DNA from: Candidatus Saccharimonadota bacterium
GTDB lineage: Bacteria > Patescibacteriota > Saccharimonadia > Saccharimonadales > Saccharimonadaceae
Assembly: GCA_009777795.1 (NCBI GenBank)
Contig: WRLC01000001.1
Coordinates: 61,509 to 125,508 of the forward strand
DNA: 64,000 nt
Direction: 5' to 3'
The translations under genes were made by a program, and so were the position numbers. Under the pieces are notes generated by a model. It saw only the letters and a list, made by a program, of their open reading frames with translations, had not been told where the DNA came from and did no database searches. This document shows, one piece after another, positions 53,814-61,103 of the stretch (position 1 is its first letter; each line of letters starts with the position of its first letter).

Positions 53814-55910
53814 ATGGCGGAAAAGCAGGTTGCATTAGAAAAATTCAGAAATGTGGGTATTATTGCTCATATTGACGCGGGCAAAACCACGACGACGGAG
53901 GGGATTTTGTACCGGACGGGTATTAACCACAAGATTGGTACGGTGCGGGGTGATGACGGTGGCGCGACGACCGACTGGATGGATCAGGAAAAGGAGCGTG
54001 GTATCACGATTACGTCGGCGGCGGTGACGTGTTTCTGGAAAGATCACAAAATCAATATTATCGACACGCCGGGGCATATTGACTTTACGGCGGAGGTGGA
54101 GCGGTCGCTTCGGGTGCTGGACGGTGCGGTGACGGTCTTTGACGGAAAAATGGGGGTCGAGGCGCAGAGCGAGACAGTCTGGCGTCAGGCCAATAAATAC
54201 GGTGTGCCGCGAGTTTGCTTCATCAATAAAATCAATCAAATTGGCGGTGATTTCTATAAGTCGCTCGAGAGCATTCACCGGCGATTGTCGCGCAATGCCC
54301 TGCCAATTCACCTGCCGATTGGGTTTGAAAAAACCATTAACGGTGTGGTCGACTTGATTGACATGAAGGCCTATACTTATAACGAATTCCATGATCGCGA
54401 GCTAGTGCAGGGCGAAATCCCGGCCGATATGCTGGAGAAGGCGCAAAATGCGCGCAGTTTGTTGGTGGAAAACGCAGTCGAGGCGGAAGAAGAGCTGATG
54501 AATAAGTTCTTTGAAGGCGGCGAGGAAGCCATCACGGTTGAGGAGTTGAAGCGGGGCCTACGCAAGCGAGTGCTAGCGGGCGATTTCTACTTGGTGACTG
54601 GTGGCGACGGGCGCGGCGTAATCGTGGAGAAAGTGCTGGACTTGATGGTCGACTACTTGCCAAGCCCGCTGGATGTGCCGGCAATCTGGGGGACTGACCC
54701 AAAGAATGGCGAGGCGATTGAGCGTAAGCCGAGCGAGCAGGAGCCGATGAGCGCGCTGGCATTTAAGCTGGCGACGGACCCATTTGTCGGTAAGCTGGTG
54801 TTTGTGCGAGTTTATAGCGGCAAGATTAGCGCTGGGTCGCATGTGCTGAACGCGACGACGGGTGAAAAGGAGCGAATCGGCCGTTTGGTGCGGATGCATG
54901 CCGACAAACGGGAAGAAATCTCGGAAATTGGCGCCGGCGACATCGCGGCGGTGGTGGGGCTGAAAAACGCGACCACCGGAACGACCTTGTGCGACGTGGC
55001 GAAGCCAATTATTTTGGAGAGCATCGACTTTCCGGAGCCGCCGGTGTCGATTGCAGTGGAGCCAAAGACCAAAGCCGACCAAGAAAAGATGGGCATTGGC
55101 CTAGGCCGCTTGGCCGAGGAAGACCCGACTTTCCGGATACATACGGATGAAGACACAGGGCAGACGATTCTTTCGGGCATGGGTGAGCTGCACTTGGAGA
55201 TTATCATTGACCGCTTGAAGCGAGAATTTAATGTCGAGGCGAATACGGGCGAGCCACAAGTGGCCTTCCGCGAGACGATTCGCGGCACGGCCGAGGCGCA
55301 GGGCAAGCACATCAAGCAGTCGGGTGGTCGGGGCCAGTATGGCGATGTTTGGGTCAAATTTGAGCCGAACGAGCCGGGCAAGGGCTTTGAGTTTATCGAC
55401 ACGATTAAGGGTGGCGTGGTGCCACAAGAATACCGCAAGCCGACGATGGAGGGCATCCGCGAGACACTCGAGGGCGGGATTATCGCTGGCTACCCAGTGG
55501 TCGACGTGAAGGCGACGCTCTATGACGGGTCGTACCACGATGTTGACTCGAGTGAGCTAGCGTTCCACTTGGCGGGCGTGATGGCAACGCGGGAAGGCAT
55601 CAAGAACGCGCGGCCAGTGCTGCTTGAGCCAGTGATGAAACTGGAGGCGACAACGCCGGAGGAATTCATGGGCGACGTGATTGGCGACCTCAACTCGAGG
55701 CGAGGGCGAATTGACGCGATGGAAGATTTGCAGGGCGGGGCGAAATTGATTCGGGCCTTTGTGCCACTAGCGAATTTGTTTGGCTATACGTCGGACCTAC
55801 GTTCGATGTCGCAGGGCCGGGCCGCTTCGACGATGGAGATTTACGCTTACGAGGAGGTGCCACCAAATGTCGCAGCCGAAATCATCGAAAAACGTTCCAG
55901 CAAAAAATAA
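53814..55910 (+). CDS. fusA: Elongation factor G
   Basis: Contains [25 protein letters not shown] and all five EF-G domains. 698 aa. Confidence 0.95.
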   Translation: MAEKQVALEKFRNVGIIAHIDAGKTTTTEGILYRTGINHKIGTVRGDDGGATTDWMDQEKERGITITSAAVTCFWKDHKINIIDTPGHIDFTAEVERSLRVLDGAVTVFDGKMGVEAQSETVWRQANKYGVPRVCFINKINQIGGDFYKSLESIHRRLSRNALPIHLPIGFEKTINGVVDLIDMKAYTYNEFHDRELVQGEIPADMLEKAQNARSLLVENAVEAEEELMNKFFEGGEEAITVEELKRGLRKRVLAGDFYLVTGGDGRGVIVEKVLDLMVDYLPSPLDVPAIWGTDPKNGEAIERKPSEQEPMSALAFKLATDPFVGKLVFVRVYSGKISAGSHVLNATTGEKERIGRLVRMHADKREEISEIGAGDIAAVVGLKNATTGTTLCDVAKPIILESIDFPEPPVSIAVEPKTKADQEKMGIGLGRLAEEDPTFRIHTDEDTGQTILSGMGELHLEIIIDRLKREFNVEANTGEPQVAFRETIRGTAEAQGKHIKQSGGRGQYGDVWVKFEPNEPGKGFEFIDTIKGGVVPQEYRKPTMEGIRETLEGGIIAGYPVVDVKATLYDGSYHDVDSSELAFHLAGVMATREGIKNARPVLLEPVMKLEATTPEEFMGDVIGDLNSRRGRIDAMEDLQGGAKLIRAFVPLANLFGYTSDLRSMSQGRAASTMEIYAYEEVPPNVAAEIIEKRSSKK

Positions 55911-56379
55911 GTCTGGCGTGTTTCGGGTCAAGACGGATACGGTGTGGGGCTGGGGGGCGTGGCTTAGAGACGCGCCGGGCATCCGCGAGCTGATGGAGCG
56001 AAAGAGCCGGGGGCTCGAGGACAAGAAAGTTTTTGCGCTGGTGCTGGGTTGGCAGGACTTGACTTCTGGCAGATATGTGGTGCTAGATGATTTTGCGCGG
56101 GAGCTGGTGGAGAAATACCGAGAGGCGCCCTTGACTTTGGTGCTACCAAAGAGCGCGGAGTTTAGGCATTGGTATTATGATAACTTTCCGGAAATTGGGG
56201 TGAGATTGCCAAGTACGGAAAATTTGCGGGCGATGGCGGCGAAGGGGCCGTTCTTGCTGACGAGCGCAAACGCGCGGGGCGGCGAGCCGGAGCCGATTGC
56301 CGGGCCGCCGACGACGGTGGCGCGAGTGGCGGCTGGCAGGGTTGAAATCTTGCGGCAGGGTGAAATTGAACTGAAATAA
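55867..56379 (+). CDS. YrdC/TsaC-like threonylcarbamoyl-AMP synthase domain protein
   Basis: [22 protein letters not shown] and [12 protein letters not shown] follow the YrdC pattern. The start is ambiguous: ATG 55867 overlaps fusA, and GTG 55918 is an alternative. Confidence 0.55.
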   Translation: MSQPKSSKNVPAKNKSGVFRVKTDTVWGWGAWLRDAPGIRELMERKSRGLEDKKVFALVLGWQDLTSGRYVVLDDFARELVEKYREAPLTLVLPKSAEFRHWYYDNFPEIGVRLPSTENLRAMAAKGPFLLTSANARGGEPEPIAGPPTTVARVAAGRVEILRQGEIELK

Positions 56380-56408
56380 TTTTCTATAAAAATAAATCGT
56401 GATTTGGC

Positions 56409-56438
56409 TTGACGCGGCATAGAAACGTGTGTTAGAAT
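56409..56438 (+). promoter_or_regulatory. Promoter (-35 plus extended -10) at the head of the DGR-target leader region
   Basis: TTGACG (56409-56414), 18 nt, then TGtTAGAAT ending at 56438. Confidence 0.4.
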
Positions 56439-56476
56439 AAGCGTATATGAATATGAGAGAGGTAAGGGGGGCAAAG

Positions 56477-56563
56477 ATGCTCAAAGAAAATATATCCACC
56501 GTGTGGCCAATGTCGCACAATCTAGAGTCGGGGGGGGGGGCCTTTAGATGTGCGGTTAGTTGA
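56477..56563 (+). other. Candidate 28-codon leader ORF containing the G11 tract
   Basis: AAGGGGGG SD-like sequence precedes ATG 56477. Product is MLKENISTVWPMSHNLESGGGAFRCAVS*. Coding status unproven. Confidence 0.15.
56530..56540 (+). repeat. Homopolymeric G11 tract
   Basis: gagtcGGGGGGGGGGGcct read directly. It lies 218 nt upstream of the DGR target start codon. Confidence 0.9.
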
Positions 56564-56586
56564 CTAAACCCCCTCTCTTTTTGGTT

Positions 56587-56615
56587 CGCGGGCGAAAGCT
56601 CGCGCTTTTTATTTT
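56587..56615 (+). terminator. Terminator/attenuator-like hairpin inside the DGR-target leader
   Basis: CGCGGGC-GAAA-GCTCGCG (7-bp stem with one G-U pair and a GNRA loop) followed by CTTTTTATTTT. Confidence 0.45.
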
Positions 56616-56757
56616 CGCGCCTCTGTGGACTCTGGAGGCGGATACATTCTAGCTGGGAGTGCTCCGGAGGCGTCTCTTTACGCCGGTACGGGGCACTTTT
56701 AGCTCAAAGAGAGTTCGAGTCAAAGGTAAATATAAAGGTAAGGTAAGGGAGAAAAAA

Positions 56758-58527
56758 ATGACAAAAGTAATTAAACGAGTAGCAAGTGCAACGTGTGCGG
56801 CAGCAGCATTTGGCGTGCTAGCAGGGATAGTAGCAAATAACTTCCAAGGAAGCCATGCGGATGGGTCGATGGATATTATTACGCTAGCAGAGACGGGGTC
56901 GTTAACGATTACGGCGAGCAGTGATACGACCTGTGCCAACTATGATGACGTCAATGGTGAGCTGTCGATTCTAGTACGGCCGGGGGCGATTGCGGCAGAC
57001 TGTATAACAATCAACGCCGAGACCGATAGCGCGTGGGGCTATACTTTGACTATCGACGGCCCAGATACCGGCAACCTAGCTCACGAGGGCAACTCGTCGT
57101 TTATTAATGCAACGACGGGGACGATGACGGCGCCGAGCACGTTTGGCGCGCAGACAACGGCGGGGGCATGGGGCTTTGGTATCCCACTAGGGCAGATCCA
57201 AGGCAATACGGAATTAGGGTTGGGCTTTGATGCATCATACACGGTGTTGGAAGCAAATAACACAACAAACACCGCTAGGTATGCTGCGGTGCCGACAAGC
57301 CCAGCCATCTTTTCCGTCACGAGCGAAGCCTCGTCGGATGACTACAACATCTTCTTTGCGATGTCGCTAGGTGGCTTGATTCCAACTGGTGCCTACAGCG
57401 GGCAGGTGGTGATTTCGGGCTTGATGAACGTGGCGGTGCCGCCGGAGCCAACGGTGTCGGCGATTGCGCCAAATAACGGTACAGTGTTAGGCGGCACAGC
57501 GGTGACGATTACTGGGGATAACTTCATGATGGATAGCGGTAGCTTGGTGGTATCAGTGATGATCGGTACCTTCCCATGCGACAGTATTAATGTGTCCAGC
57601 AACACCACACTGACTTGTACGACCTCGGCTGGTAGCGTGGGGGCGCAGGATGTGATAGTAAATACAATGGGCGGCACAGCGACGCTTACGGGTGGCTTTA
57701 CTTATAACGCAGCAGGTGTGGCAACGGGTGATAATATCCAAACCGTCACCGCCGCTAACTGTCCAACAACGCGAACTCGAGTAGTTGACGCCAGAGACAA
57801 CAGCAGCTACTGGATACGTAAAGTAGGCGACCTCTGCTGGATGGAGACTAACCTTGCCTACAAAGGCGGTGGTACCAACACTTACGGCGATACCATGACT
57901 ATCACCGCAGGTACAAGTAGCGCTGGCACAGTAAACGCTAACTCCACCGGCTCCTCCGCGGTCTGCTACGGCTCTAACGCCTCCATGAATACTAACGGCC
58001 AAGGCTGCTTCTGGGAGCCAACTGGTAGCAATATCACAGCAGGTGCAACCGACCCTTCAACCAGTACCTCAGGTACAGGTCAATACGGGGTACTCTATAA
58101 CTGGTGCGCCGCAATGGGCAACCAATCAGCTGCCTGCCAGACAGGCGCAGCAACTCAACCAAACCAATCAGTGAACGGTGGCACAGGAGCAGGCGCCACG
58201 GGCACTACGATCTATAACGTCTGCCCAAGCGGTTGGAGGCTCCCTACAGGTGAAGCTACAACTGGCGAGTTTACACTACTTAACAACACGCTTAACAGCG
58301 GCTCAACTTCTAGCCCTACAGGCCTCTTCACCAACGGCCTCTATATGTACGCCGGCTACTTCGCCAATGGCTCGTTCATCTATCAGGGCTCAGACGGCGG
58401 CTATTGGTCTTCTACCGTTGTCAGTGCCGCCAGTGCCTTCAGACTGGCCTTCTTCAGCTCCAATGTCTATCCTGCGAACTCGAGCAATAAGGGCTACGGC
58501 CTCTCTGTTCGCTGTGTTGCGCCCTAA
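56758..58527 (+). CDS. DGR target: secreted protein with IPT/TIG domain and C-terminal Fib_succ_major (C-type-lectin-fold) domain carrying the VR
   Basis: AAGGGAG SD precedes ATG 56758. Signal peptide MTKVIKRVASATCAAAAFGVLAGIVANNFQGSHA. The IPT/TIG domain reads PTVSAIAPNNGTVLGGTAVTITGDNF...GGFTY. Fib_succ_major-like motifs are DARDNSSYWIRKVGDLCWMETNL, YGVLYNW, CPSGWRLPT, YWSST and GLSVRCV. Confidence 0.85.
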   Translation: MTKVIKRVASATCAAAAFGVLAGIVANNFQGSHADGSMDIITLAETGSLTITASSDTTCANYDDVNGELSILVRPGAIAADCITINAETDSAWGYTLTIDGPDTGNLAHEGNSSFINATTGTMTAPSTFGAQTTAGAWGFGIPLGQIQGNTELGLGFDASYTVLEANNTTNTARYAAVPTSPAIFSVTSEASSDDYNIFFAMSLGGLIPTGAYSGQVVISGLMNVAVPPEPTVSAIAPNNGTVLGGTAVTITGDNFMMDSGSLVVSVMIGTFPCDSINVSSNTTLTCTTSAGSVGAQDVIVNTMGGTATLTGGFTYNAAGVATGDNIQTVTAANCPTTRTRVVDARDNSSYWIRKVGDLCWMETNLAYKGGGTNTYGDTMTITAGTSSAGTVNANSTGSSAVCYGSNASMNTNGQGCFWEPTGSNITAGATDPSTSTSGTGQYGVLYNWCAAMGNQSAACQTGAATQPNQSVNGGTGAGATGTTIYNVCPSGWRLPTGEATTGEFTLLNNTLNSGSTSSPTGLFTNGLYMYAGYFANGSFIYQGSDGGYWSSTVVSAASAFRLAFFSSNVYPANSSNKGYGLSVRCVAP

Positions 58528-58531
58528 CTAG
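58348..58531 (+). repeat. DGR variable region (VR)
   Basis: Covers the last 59 codons, the stop codon and 4 nt beyond. It is 162/184 identical to the reverse complement of 60637-60820, and every mismatch is at a TR adenine. Confidence 0.9.
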
Positions 58532-58545
58532 ATTTGCAGAAAGAA

Positions 58546-58604
58546 GCCTCTAGGTGAGGGGGTCAGGCGGACGCAGGAGATGAAGGGCCTTTAGGCCCGG
58601 AGGC
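58546..58604 (+). other. GC-rich nested hairpin just downstream of the VR (candidate homing-associated structure)
   Basis: Outer pairing is GCCTC (58546-58550) with GAGGC (58600-58604). Inner pairing is GGGCC-TTTA-GGCCC (58585-58598). Confidence 0.3.
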
Positions 58605-58690
58605 GACCGCGGCCAGCCCGAACCCCGAACCAAGGCCTGTGGAAAACTCGATTAAAAAACTATATTAATAATAAGAAGAAAGGATACAAA

Positions 58691-59416
58691 ATGGGTAATA
58701 CAGCGGTGGGCGCTGACAAAGAGAAGAGCTACATGAAGATGAAGACTCAGACCGAACAATTGCGCTATGAATTCACTAACCAAGATACAATAGTACTGAG
58801 GAAGAACGGTGTGTTCCACAAGGCGATGGGCAACTCGGCGATAATCCTCAAGAGTATGGGGGTCGAGACAAAGGTGCGGACTGGTTTTAGCCAAGCTATC
58901 AAGCAGGAAACCTTTGAGTTGTCGGTGCACATGGGACAGATTGAGGAGCTAAAGCGACAACTGAGAGAAAAGTGTAAGGAAGTGCTAAGAGAGGATGGGG
59001 ACTTTTTCATCATCCGGCTGAAAGAGCCGATTCCGGCTGAGAAGCTAAAGCAAATGAAAAAGAGCGCGATTGTAAAGATCGAAGCCACAGAGAGTATCTT
59101 GATGCGAAAGCGGAAAGAAACACCGCTGGCGAAAGAGGTACGGGATTTGTTTAGCGAGGCGACCTACTTAGCAAGGGCGCTACATGGGGTGGACGGGCAG
59201 TGCTTGGCGCGGATGATTTTGGAGCAGATACTGGCGTTGCAACGAGCGGTGCGAGCCCTGATGCGAGAGGAAGGGTCGGACGCGGCCAGACAAGCGGTAC
59301 TGGATGCAGCAGACGACGTGCAGGGCCTGTTGCTCTTGGTGGTTAGTTTTACGGAGCAGGCAGACCGGCTGGCCCGGATGGGTCGGGGTTTGAACAGGAT
59401 TATCAGCCGTGTCTAG
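58691..59416 (+). CDS. Avd-like DGR accessory protein with an extra ~130-aa N-terminal domain
   Basis: Lies between the target and the RT, and its stop overlaps the RT start (GTGTCTAG). The C-terminal ~100 aa are helical and Arg/Ala/Leu-rich, consistent with an Avd four-helix bundle. The N-terminal half is unassigned. Confidence 0.5.
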   Translation: MGNTAVGADKEKSYMKMKTQTEQLRYEFTNQDTIVLRKNGVFHKAMGNSAIILKSMGVETKVRTGFSQAIKQETFELSVHMGQIEELKRQLREKCKEVLREDGDFFIIRLKEPIPAEKLKQMKKSAIVKIEATESILMRKRKETPLAKEVRDLFSEATYLARALHGVDGQCLARMILEQILALQRAVRALMREEGSDAARQAVLDAADDVQGLLLLVVSFTEQADRLARMGRGLNRIISRV

Positions 59417-60590
59417 GCTGGAACCCGAGACTGAAGTCGCGTTGATGAACGAGGAACTGAAGGGGGCGGGCGAAGATACGCTTTGGCAGTGGTTAGCCGG
59501 GCGCTTTTATTTGGCCTTTGCTGAGGCGAGGAAAGGCAAATTGAAGACGATTAACGAACAGCAGTTCGAAGAGGACCGCGACCGTAATTTGGCGGATTTG
59601 GCTTACCAAGTAATCCGGCGCGATTATGAGCCAAAGCGGGGAGTGGCATTTATTATCACCGAGCCGGTACCGCGGGAGATCTTTGCGGCGAGCTTTTGTG
59701 ATAGGATGGTGCACCATTTTTTAATCCAGATGACAGGCAGTTTTTGGGACAAGAGATTATCGCCCCGGAGTTTTAGTTGTCGCGAGGGCAAGGGGACGCT
59801 CTATGGGGTGAAGCAGCTAGAAAAGGATTTGGCCAAGGCGACGCAGAACTGGGCGAACGAGGTATGGATAATGAAAATTGATTTTGAAGGGTATTTTATG
59901 AGTTTGCCGCGGCAGTATCTGTTTGAGCGGGTGGAGTGGGGGCTCTCGCGTCAGTTTCCGACCGGTGGCCCGGTCTATGAGACCTGCCATTACTTATGGA
60001 GTAAGGTGCTGTTTGACGACCCGACGGATGGCGTGAGGATTAAGGGCTCGGCCAAGAACTGGAACACTTTGCCGCGGTCCAAGAGTTTGTTTTTCGCGCC
60101 GAAAGGCCGGGGGATAGTGATTGGCAACTTGACGTCGCAGTGGGTGAGCAATATGGCGCTTGACCCGTTTGACCGCTATGTGCAGTTTGAGCTGGGTTGC
60201 AAATATTATGGCCGTTATGTGGATGATGCTTATTTTATCGCCGAGAGCAAGGAGGAATTGCTGGAGATGAGGACCAAGATAACCGAGTTTGTAGAAAAGT
60301 TGGGACTAAAGATTCACCCGCGGAAGTTCTACCTGCAGCCGGCATCAAAGGGCGTCTCGTTTTTGGGGGCGGTAGTCTACCCGGGGCGGACGGTGCTAGC
60401 GGCGCGGTTCCGGAAGAATCTAAGGCGGCTAAAAGTAGCGATAGCGTGGCAGGGGCTGACGCAAGATAACTTAACCAGCCTAATCGCCTATAAGGGGCTG
60501 GCGCAACATTATAATTATAGTAAGACTTTTCGGAATATCTTTGGCAACAATGTATTAAAGGACATGAAAAAGTGGCAAGACCTAGCCTAG
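59409..60590 (+). CDS. DGR reverse transcriptase
   Basis: RT motifs 1-7 are PREIFAASFCDRMVHHFL, CREGKGTLYG, MKIDFEGYFMSL, GIVIGNLTSQWVSNMALD (the DGR-type GxxxSQ), YGRYVDDAYFI (YxDD) and LKIHPRK...GVSFLGAVV. ATG 59445 is an alternative start. Confidence 0.9.
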   Translation: MSRLEPETEVALMNEELKGAGEDTLWQWLAGRFYLAFAEARKGKLKTINEQQFEEDRDRNLADLAYQVIRRDYEPKRGVAFIITEPVPREIFAASFCDRMVHHFLIQMTGSFWDKRLSPRSFSCREGKGTLYGVKQLEKDLAKATQNWANEVWIMKIDFEGYFMSLPRQYLFERVEWGLSRQFPTGGPVYETCHYLWSKVLFDDPTDGVRIKGSAKNWNTLPRSKSLFFAPKGRGIVIGNLTSQWVSNMALDPFDRYVQFELGCKYYGRYVDDAYFIAESKEELLEMRTKITEFVEKLGLKIHPRKFYLQPASKGVSFLGAVVYPGRTVLAARFRKNLRRLKVAIAWQGLTQDNLTSLIAYKGLAQHYNYSKTFRNIFGNNVLKDMKKWQDLA

Positions 60591-60604
60591 GGTAAAGACC
60601 CTAG
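60587..60604. other. Hairpin spanning the RT stop codon, between RT and TR
   Basis: CTAGGG-taaaga-CCCTAG. It could terminate RT transcription or belong to the minus-strand TR RNA 3' region. Confidence 0.3.
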
Positions 60605-60636
60605 AGCCAAGTCATGGCGGCTAATGCATTTCAACG

Positions 60637-60820
60637 CTAGTTAGGGCGCAACACAGCGAACAGAGTTGCCGTTGCCCTTATTGTTCGTGTTCGCAGGATT
60701 GACATTGGAGCTGTTGAAGTTCAGTCTGAAGGCATTGGTGGCACTGTTAACGGTAGAAGACCAATAGTTGCCGTTTGAGCCCTGATTGTTGAACGAGCCA
60801 TTGTTGAAGTTGCCGGCGTA
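60637..60820 (-). repeat. DGR template repeat (TR), sense strand is the minus strand
   Basis: The reverse complement encodes YAGNFNNGSFNNQGSNGNYWSSTVNSATNAFRLNFNSSNVNPANTNNKGNGNSVRCVAP*. It has 18 AAY codons and lies in a 513-nt ORF-free gap. Confidence 0.9.
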
Positions 60821-61103
60821 GGCCGTAAGTCAACCTCCGTAGAGCAATCCTTGGAAGGACGCAACCGTACGAAACGTGATGAAGATTCAGCTTGTTCTTG
60901 CTGCTCGAACCTTAGTAAGAGTAGAAGCCCTGTGCGTTAAAAGCGCCGCGATGATCTCAACAGGGGAGGACTAATTATAAAATAATCAGTGCTGAATCGG
61001 ATTTGAAAATCAAACGAGAAAAAGCAACTCAGGGTAAGCTTGGAAGCTATCCTAACTAGGCTTATTATCGCTGTACTTGGCAAAGGTCTTACCACTAGCA
61101 TGA

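Larger units (their letters stand above)
56758..60820 (+). mobile_element. Diversity-generating retroelement cassette: target(VR) - avd-like - RT - inverted TR
   Basis: See component features. VR and TR are 184 nt, with all 22 mismatches at TR adenines. Confidence 0.85.

Noticed and set aside
56659-56757. Track start at 56659 for the DGR target (MLRRRLFTPVRG... extension).
   Set aside because: The 33 extra codons are Arg/Lys-rich with no ribosome-binding site. ATG 56758 has an AAGGGAG SD and begins a typical signal peptide.
60637-60820. The inverted copy of the target-gene 3' end might be a decayed fragment of a duplicated gene rather than a TR.
   Set aside because: Random decay would spread mismatches over all four bases. 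Here all 22 differences sit at adenines of one copy. That copy is packed with AAY codons and lies beside a DGR-type RT.
60821-60827. Possible extension of VR/TR homology (ACGGCC shared with 58334-58339) requiring an 8-nt gap.
   Set aside because: Only 6-7 nt match and the gap is out of frame, so chance similarity is the likeliest explanation. The repeat boundary is kept at TACGCCGGC.
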